Shown here: piece after piece, positions 52,066 to 61,900 of the stretch
How the letters are laid out: each line of letters starts with the position of its first letter
Position numbering within the stretch: position 1 is the first letter of the stretch
Assembly: GCA_951406725.2 (NCBI GenBank)
Contig: OX597814.1
Location: 49,228,001-49,292,000 of the forward strand
Direction: 5' to 3'
Length of the DNA: 64,000 nt
From: Octopus vulgaris
Lineage: Eukaryota
The notes under the pieces: model-generated
Seen by the model: the letters and a program-made list of their open reading frames with translations, nothing else
Database searches by the model: none
Told to the model about the DNA's origin: nothing
Made by a program: the position numbers and the translations under genes

Positions 52066-55000
52066 ATATATATATATATATAATGTACTTTTCTTGTGAG
52101 ATTATTGAAATTTTGCATCAAAAATAAAGGTTTTTCTGTTTAAACCTCATCTCAAAAATTTGCATATGTGATCATAATTATTCTGATTGTCTTCATTATC
52201 ACCATTATAGATGATTATATTGCTTGTGATGGTGTTGAATAATGATACAAATTCTAATGAAGGTGAAGGCTACTGTTGCTCTTAAGGATAATAATAATGA
52301 TGAGGATGTTGGTTGTAATAGTGTTTGATGTCTTGGTTTTTGAAGGGTTTTCATTTTTTATTCACCTCTTATGTTCCCCAGATTTAACTTACCTCATGAT
52401 GACAGTGACAAATGCCAACAGATTACTTCTGTCAGTGACCAAAGTAGCCATGGTACATACCATATCATGTCCCCAACATTAGATTACGATTCCAGTGGAT
52501 GGCTTTGGTCAGATTGCAGTGCAGTTCTTCTCACCAAATTTATTGAGTATGTAAAAAATTATTTGATTTTGAAGTATGTGTGATTTCATGTATGTGTGTT
52601 CGTTTTCGTATGTGTACGTCAGTATTTGTGTGCCTTATAATGTACATGCATGCATCAGAGTATGGGAAAGTGTTTTAAAATGGAGTTGTTTCAATTTGTC
52701 TTTTATCGTTAAAATTTTTAATACTCTTAATAAATTCTTTCTTCGATAATATTTTCAAAATTGAAAGATTTAAATTTGATAATTTATTGAAAAAAAAATT
52801 TATATCCTCGAATTTGTGAAAATCTTGTGTACTCCAAGGAAACCATGGACCTCTTTATTTGTAATGGTTTCTCCATGGATTATCTCCCTTACAACGGAAT
52901 CCATCAGGGATGAAAATCAGCTTTCAGAAAGACATTTAAGCTTGATATAAAACAGGAATTATGTTTAGTATATGTTGTTGTATAGCCTATATTGATCCTG
53001 ACCGAGTAGATCTCTTTTGTCCTTTTTTTTTTGCGTATTATGTGGTCTTGTAGTTTTATATTTTGAAGGCAATTAGACCACCTTATTAGTTTCTATTTAG
53101 CTATCCATTTTTAATGATCTCCATTGAAATATCACTATCTTTGTCATCATAGGGTCCTAATTTTAATAAATTTTTCTAAATCTGTAATTAGTCCTGAAAT
53201 TCCTAAATGGAATCATTACATCATTAATACTCTTACCTGACTATCTCTCCATATCTCTGCTATAATAATCCTAAAATATTATTTTAGCATTACAAATTAT
53301 TATTCCTTAACTCTGAGAATATTTTATGAGTATTGAGCTCATTTCTGATTAAGAGGTAATTATTCTTTAAATTAAATATGTCAGATTTACTACTTTATAT
53401 GTTTGCATTGCTCACTGAAAATATAAAATATCATTCCAGTTATGTGGAAACTTTCTTTATATTTATTTATCAATCCTTATTTACTTTCAGTTTAGACTAT
53501 GCAGAATGTCTCCTAAATAAACCATTTACCAAAAAGTATCAAAGATTTCGTTCAAGAGAAAAGTATCTTCCACCTGGACTAAAATATGATGTAGACACTC
53601 AATGCCGTCTGGCATTTGGGCGAAATTCATACAGTTGTCCAACAAGAACAAGTGTGAGTTCATCTACAGTTGGCTTTTATAATTGTTTTATTTTTTATTG
53701 ATGCATTCATAATTGTCGGAGCTCTGAAATATTGTCATAATTGTTTGTAATTATACTGAGATGAAGTTGTTTGGCATACGCTTGCATTAAAGTATAACAT
53801 TTTAAAACATCTCAAGTTTCTTAAATGAAAGGAAACTATTTAAGCAATCATCTAAGTTCAATGTTTGATTGCAAAAAGTTTGAAAGAAATGAGTATGAGA
53901 TCCATTTCTTCATTGAGTGATGTCAAATATATGTAGACTCTGCTACAACATAATTAAACTTACTTTAATGACTTATTACTGTTAATATAAAAAAAAAAGT
54001 TACGTTTCTGATATTTGAAATAAATGACTTTTTAACTTAATTTGCTAAAAATTTTAAGAATTCTTGATCTTTTCTGATATCAATTCTTTTCAAACTGTAT
54101 TTCATTAGTTTGCATGTTCCCGTTTATGGTGTATTGGAGACACAGAGGAAACTTGTCACTCTGAGAATTTTCCATGGGCTGATGGAACACCTTGTGGTGC
54201 AGTAAAGGTAATTTTTTTTCCTTGTTTCCCTTTTATATTCAGGATTATTTTCTCACAATGAAAATACATATATTTTATATATAACTTGGAAAGACTTTCA
54301 CTTTTAATTTTGGAAATTGTCAAAAAAGAAAAAAAATTTTTCATATATTTACTAACTATAATTTTAAAGCAACAAATGGTCTAACAGATTTTTTTTTTTT
54401 TGCTACAGTGGTGTCAAAATGGTGCTTGTGTTATAAAAAGACACTTTGAAAAAGTTGATGGTAACTGGGGCAAGTGGAGTGAATATGATGAATGTACCTT
54501 TTCCTGTGGTGGTGGCATAAAGAAATCAAAGCGTGAATGTAATAACCCCATGTAAGTAATGTGCTGGAATATTTTACTTCAAATGTTCTGAAAAGTGTAA
54601 CAATTATTTTACCAATTTTCTACAGCTGATTTTCTGAGATAATTTACTCATTTTTAAAGATTGTTTATTATAAACATTCCAAGAACATCTTTCCTTTTTA
54701 GTTTCTAAATACTACATATGTGAGATATTGGCTGAACAGTGTAGCATATTTGACTTTCAACTGTGAATTTATATTGCCTGTAGATATTTTATTCTGTTTT
54801 TAACACAAAAATATTTAACCTATACTTTATAACTGGATAAGCACCAGGTCTTCTGTGAGGCTAGTTCAAGAAATTATTAGTATTCTGTTCAAAATATTTA
54901 TCACATCAATTTATGCTGTAGGAAATGTTATTATGTATTTGTATTAAGGATATCAATGATCATAAAATGGTTAACATCATACAAGTCTGTCCTATGCAAA

Positions 55001-58000
55001 CATGGGGAAAAAATCACAGGCATAAAATGATAATAAGTTGAAAAATAAGACAGAGTACAATCAGTAAATTATATGAGATTCGCTTCAGTTATTACTGTAT
55101 ACACAACCTTATTAATAAGCCATTATATGGATAGTAATTATGAATATCTCAAAATAATACATCTTTACAATATTTTTTGTGGTATTGTCTCATAAAATAC
55201 TAATTTATACTTTAATGAAAAACTAGTTAAAAGAAAAGATATAGAATTATCATATGCCTAGAATTTAGTAAATGAGCTGCAGCAGATAATATCAAGGATA
55301 ATTTATTGAATCTTAAATTATTTTTAACTGTGGTACTCTAAGTTCTAGATAAAGCTATAAATAATAGCAGTACAATATTGTGTTAAAAAAACCCATTAGG
55401 TTGAAAAAAATTGGAGGCTGCCCTTCAACGTTTTTAGCTCAATATTCTACACACCATTTTTATAGCTTTATCTACTCACCAATTAAACAATTTATTTCCT
55501 ATCTCTTCAAGTTTCTAAATTCTTATGATGTAAACAACATACAATCCTTATTAAATCTTGTTTAACTGAAATAGTAATTTTTTTTTACATTGCAAATACA
55601 TTGTTTTAAACAAATAAAATTACTATAATCCTGCATTGTTTTTGTAAACAATTTTAATGAGAACTTAATTATTTTTGCAGACCAAAACATGGTGGTGCTT
55701 ATTGTATTGGGAAAAGAATAAAATATAAATCTTGCAATACTAAGGTGAAAATTTTATTTCCTTCTATTTTCTTAACTTTAACTGGGGAAAACAATTTGCA
55801 GTATTTACTTACAAGTTGGAAGCTGGCAGAACCATTAACACGCCAGGCAAAACGATTATTACTCTGAGTTCAAATTCTGCTGAGGTCAACTTTGCCTACA
55901 TGTGTTTCCATATCTGAACACTACTCTTTGTGAGACCAACACCTCAGTTTGTCCTGACCTGAGCAGCATGTTGTTCCAGAAGATTGTCTTAACTAGTGAG
56001 ATTTGTTCCCTCTTGGCCATGGCCTTGATTGTGCAATGGTGTTTTTCCAGAATCCTGTTTCCACTCGGCCTATATGCTGCTCTGAAGAAGCATCTGATGT
56101 ACCATCTGCTAAGTGTTTCCTTCTGCAGCCCTGAACAAAATACTGTACTGTTGTCCATCAACAGCTCATCCCCCAGGCCCCCTGCAGTTTCATTCTCAGT
56201 CTCTATCCTAATTTCTCTCTATATTGCCATCCACCCTGGTCCACAGTCGATCATTGAGAGGTACAATCTTTCCTGGAAATGTATCATATCAATTGCCAGC
56301 TTCTTCCAACCTTATTTTACTTTGAATCAATTTGGCAATTATTTGTACTTAAAATTACATTTATTCTAGACTTCTATAGCATACAGAGAGATTATTTTAT
56401 TTAATATTTTTAAATATATCATTTTCTCAATTAGAAATGTCCAGAAAATACCAAAGATTTCAGAGCTGCACAGTGTTCAGAATTTGATGGCAAAATTCCA
56501 CTTATGGGACTTTCATCAACTGTGATGTGGGTTCCAAAATATTCTGGAAGTAAGTGTAGTTTTACATATTGATCGTTCTTTCCAATCTTAAAACCTCTAT
56601 AACTAGGAATTGCATCAATTGTTCAAAGAAACCTTCGTGCTGGTGGCACGTAAAATACGCCAATCCGACCGTACGACAGGCACCCATGCCAACCCCCTTT
56701 GCTTGCGAAGACATGTTGGGGCAAGCGAAATCAAAATCGAATTGAACCAGCCAGGATCCCTGGTCTGGTGGTACGTAAAAAGCACTATCCGACTCGTGGC
56801 CGATGCCAGCACCGCCTCGACTGGCTTCCGTGCCGGTGGCACATAAAATATACCAATCCGACCGTGGCCGTTGCCAGCTTCACCTGGCACCTGTGCAGGT
56901 GGCACGTAAAAAGCACCCACTACACTCACGGAGTGGTTGGCGTTAGGAAGGGCATCCAGCTGTAGAAACACTGCCAGATAAGACTGGAGCCTGGTGCAGC
57001 CTTCTGGCTTCCCAGATCCCCGGTCGAACCGTCCAACCCATGCTAGCATGGAGAACGGACGTTAAACGATGATGATGATATGACACTATATGGTCTGAAA
57101 GCTAAAGAGTGTTTAAATGAACTACTGATACATTGCTCTTAGTGTAAATATTTATTTGCATTATAACTGTACTTACTTTTCAGATTCTCAATGATTTAAA
57201 ACTTATGACATGCTCAGACCAAGACAGTTGGTCAAAGCTGTTACAAAATGAAAATAAGGCAAATAATTATGTTAGCTTGCAAAAGATATTAAGATGAAAT
57301 CTATGATGTATTTTTGCATATGGGAGAAGCAACTTCTTTTAAAAATAAAGAATTCTATTTTATTGCAGTAGTATTCTCATCCATATTTGATTGGAGGTTT
57401 AAATATTGTACGTGCTTTTGGATGCATGTTTCTAGAACAATACCCTCTGAAAAGTCTTTTGTTAATTTTAATGCAGAAGTTTAGTATATTTCCCTAATTA
57501 ATTTTGTATCTAATTTTTCAAAATTTGAAATGATAGCTAATTCGTTCATTATGTTACGTGTTTAGCAGTAATAAAAATGTCTTAACAAACCAAGCCCTTA
57601 CTTTTATAATACTTGCTTCAATGTGTTTCTGTAAAGGAAAACTAGTTTTTATTGTCTTGTCTGATGCTATTTTCCAAAATAAGCTGCTGTATTTTACCTC
57701 TGACTTCATTTTTCTTTTTTTTTTCTTTTTTTTTTTTTTGCAAATCTTTTATTTTCACATTTTGCAGTCCATTTGAAAAACACCTGTAAACTTTACTGCC
57801 GTGCATCACATGGAAATGACTATTATTTACTAAGAGAACAAGTTACTGATGGAACTAAGTGTTCTGAAGATACTTTTGATGTTTGTGTGAATGGAAAATG
57901 TCAGGTAAACTTACTTATAAAACAGTCATTTAGAACTATTTTTATATGAATTGTTTCATAAACATAAAATTTTTTCCATACTTTCATTCTCTTTCACAAT

Positions 58001-58864
58001 GCAAGATTACAATTTTTCCAGTATGTTTTTGAAACAAATAACTTCTTTTAATCTTTCAAGATTTGAAATGATAGCTTATTAGTTCATTATGTTATGTGCT
58101 TAGCAATAATAAAAATATCTTAACAAATCAAACGCTTACTTTTATAATACTTTGCTTCAATGTGTTTCCATAAAGGAAAACTAGTTTTTATTGTCTTGTC
58201 TGATGCTGTTTTCCAAAATAAGCTTCTATATTTTACCTCTCACTTCATTTGTTGATCTTCAATCGAATTCTGTTCAACTTTAGATGTCCAAAGTTTACAT
58301 ATGTATTTAAATATCCTTTGGCTGATGCAAACTCTAAATGTTTTAATTTTTAGATGCAAACATAGAAAAGCTGTACTATTTTATAGAATTGTTCTACTGA
58401 ATAGGAGCTATCACTATTACTCTGCAAATAATTGGAACAACTTCTGTTGCAAAGCAAATAGACTTTTACTATTCACAAAATAATCATCATCATCATCATT
58501 GTTCTCTTTACATCTGCTTTCTCTATACCAGCATTGGTTAGGTGAGAATTACTGAAGTAGTTTTCTAGTCTCTCTTCTACCAATTAATTAAAAAAATATA
58601 TATTATAATTACTAAATATATTGGGTTTTGATAATCTAAAGGAACAGATCCATACCTATTTGTCCCTTGCATTGAAAATGAGATAGAAGGAAACTACATT
58701 TTATTACACTTCATCACAAACTGCTTTTATACATTATCATATAGGTAGGCCATTTCATGTAATTATGTTGGAAAATATTCCAGAAAGTTTGCAGTGGATG
58801 TAGGTTTATTGTAAGATTGACTTTCCTTGCTAAATGTGTTATTTGATTGGAGCCTCTGATTGGT

Positions 58865-58912
<48 letters not shown>

Positions 58913-61900
58913 GTTTAACATCTGTTTTCCATGCTAGCATGGGTTGGATGGTTCGACAGGGGTCTGGGAAGCCAGGAGGCTGCACCAGGCTCCAGTCTGA
59001 TCTGGCAGTGTTTCTACAGCTGGATGCCCTTCCTAATGCCAACCACTCTGTGAGCGTAGTGGGTGCTTTTTACGTGCCACTGGCACAGGGGCCAGAGGAG
59101 GCTGGCAAACGGCCACGATCAGTTAGTGCTTTTACGTGTCACCGACACAAACACCAGTCAGGCGGTGCTGGCATCTGCCACGTTCGGACAGTGCTTTTAA
59201 CGTGTCACCAGCACGGGTATCTTAACTACAATTTCCATTTGATATTCATTTTGATGTTGGTGTTGACGTACTTGACACAATAGGTCTCCTCGAGAACAGT
59301 GGGTCACTCTACAATCCAAGGTTAGCACAGCAGGCTGTCCTGCGAGCCATGAACTCACTTCATTTGTTGGGTCTTCACAGTCACAGCATATCTCAGGGTC
59401 TCAGTCTTCGTCATTTCCTCTGTGAGGCCCTACGTGCCACCAGCACGGGTGTCACAACTACAATATCCATATGATTTTTATTTTGATGTTGATGAACTTG
59501 ACACAGTAGGTCTCCTCAGAAATTTATTAGAGTATTGTTATATTTGAGGATGCTCATATAATGTGTGTGGTTAATTGGCAAAAGAATATGACCATCCCCA
59601 AATATAACAATATTTGTTTCAACACATGATTTCACGTCAGGAATCTTGCAGAACAAATACATAAACATTAGAGTAGTTATTTACTATTTCTCTACAGTAA
59701 TTTTTTTTTTTTTTTCAGAGAGCTGGATGTGATTACCAACTTGGCTCTACCATGAAACGAGACCGTTGTGGTGTTTGTGGTGGTGATAATTCTTCTTGCA
59801 GAACAGAAACTGGCACATTAACTTACACAAAATATGGTAAGTAAAATTTATTAGTTTTGCATACCTTTTAACTGGTAAAAGATAATGTTAGAATAATATT
59901 TTCTTTTATCACTTATTTATTTTGGTTAATCTATTTTTGGTAATTTATTTATGACTCTGCTAAACATCAATTAATAAACTAAGTGTTTGTGGATGAAAAC
60001 ATTTTCTAATGTTAACTTCAACAATAATGCAGATCTATACTAATTCAAGAGTTGCAGTCAATCAAGTTGTTTGATAGCTGATCTACTGTCCAAAATTTTT
60101 ATCATACCATATGTGCTGTTTTATGTCTCAATAAAACAATGGCCTGCCCATAGATAGGCACTGGTCACTGCTTTAGGTATAGTTGGTAATTTCAAATTAA
60201 TAAATTATCTTGTTAGCTTACAATGCTAAGAGAAAAACCTTTCAAAATAACAAATATGATAAAGCCTTTCAAATTATATGATAAAGCCACCTTAACTGAT
60301 ATAGTGTGAATGAACTGTGTAACACATCTTGTGGCATATCTGTTGCTAATTAACATATCATAAATTATATCTGTTGCTAATTAACATATCATAAATACAT
60401 TATCTAAATCAATGGTTCTTAACCTGAGTAATAGTGATTCCTTGAGGCCATTGTGAGTTCACATGGGACAGCAAATATTATGCTGTGAGTGCTGCATGTT
60501 TAGAGGGGTTGCGATTTTTATCTTAGAAATAAAATATTTAAATCGAGTACTCTTTATTATATTTTAAACATATTTTCAAAAACAAATCTATGTTGGGACT
60601 TGAATATGACTTAAGCATTGTATTATCAATGAGTAGAAACATGATTGATGATGTACTCAGGTCCAATGTAATTTCATTTTATAATTCTTTGCCTTTTTTT
60701 AGTAATTTGCATGAAAAATTTTATGTAGGGGTACTAATCCACTCAAATATATACAAAGATGAGAGGGTATAATAAAATATGGATACACTAGCACAAAATC
60801 AGCTTCTAGTTGATTTAAAGGGGTTTTTTAACTTGTTAGTTTCATTATTACTATGATTAAATGTTGTTACATTGAAATTACTGCTTCATATTCAAATTGA
60901 ACATTTACACACATTTTTTAGCTTAAAGTAGAATCCAAACTGCTCTAAAGAACTAATGTCTGAAACATCTTTAATTGTTCCTAATATCTATTATATAAAA
61001 TCCGTTCTGTCTGTCTGTGTGTGTGTCTTCTAAGATCTTGAGCATCCTCCATCCAATTGCATTCAAATTTGATATGTAGATACCAACAGTATCAGGGCGT
61101 GTATAAGTCTTGAAAAAATTACAAAAATCGATTCCAGGTGAGGATGTGATCAATAAAGCCATTGGAACATGCATTTGTACGTGCAAGTACATCAGCTGTT
61201 GTGATCAATACTACACGTGTGTGAGAAAAATGCACATGCAGTTTGCGCAAAAAAAGCCAGCTGGCTTGAAATAATGCCACAAAATGCAGTATATTTAAGA
61301 GACCAAAAAAGTAAGATGCAAAAGAGATATTTTCTTCAAACTTGGCACGAAGGAAGGAAAGACTATTTGGTTTCTCAAGAAGTTTTTTTACTTTAATTTC
61401 GTTTAACAAAACCGAAAATTTTATTGAAATAAAGGCATGCTTAATTATTTTTTAATGAAAAGGAAACACTGATTGCTTTTTATTCAACAGGTATGATTTA
61501 GCACCGTCCATTGGAGCATTTTGCTCATATTTATATATTTTTAAACTTCACACACTACTTTCACATACTCAACACGCACTTGAAATGATGAAAATAACTA
61601 ATATCAAATTGTTTACATATTTAATAAACATTATAATTTTATGACATTGAAATTATTTTTTAAAGTGTCTTGCTGTTGATATCATTTCATTGTTTGTTTT
61701 AAGCCATTTTTCATTACAATGTACTTTTATTTATATAGGCTACAACAAAGTTGTTGATATTCCTGCTGGTGCCAGCAGTATCCATGTATCCCAACATGGC
61801 AATGGTAACAGAGCTGATGAAAATTACCTTGGTATGTAGACTGGGGATTATTAAAAACTTACAAAAAATGCAATTCGTTTCTTGCTGTTGAGTCTTATGT

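Noticed and set aside
53652-53653. Alternative GT donor two bases upstream of 53654
   Set aside because: It would shift the frame into the next exon; GTGAGT at 53654 is stronger and in phase
58714-58911. Poly-Met ORF, and poly-Ser/Asp ORFs at 63441-63782
   Set aside because: (CAT)n tails of RTE elements
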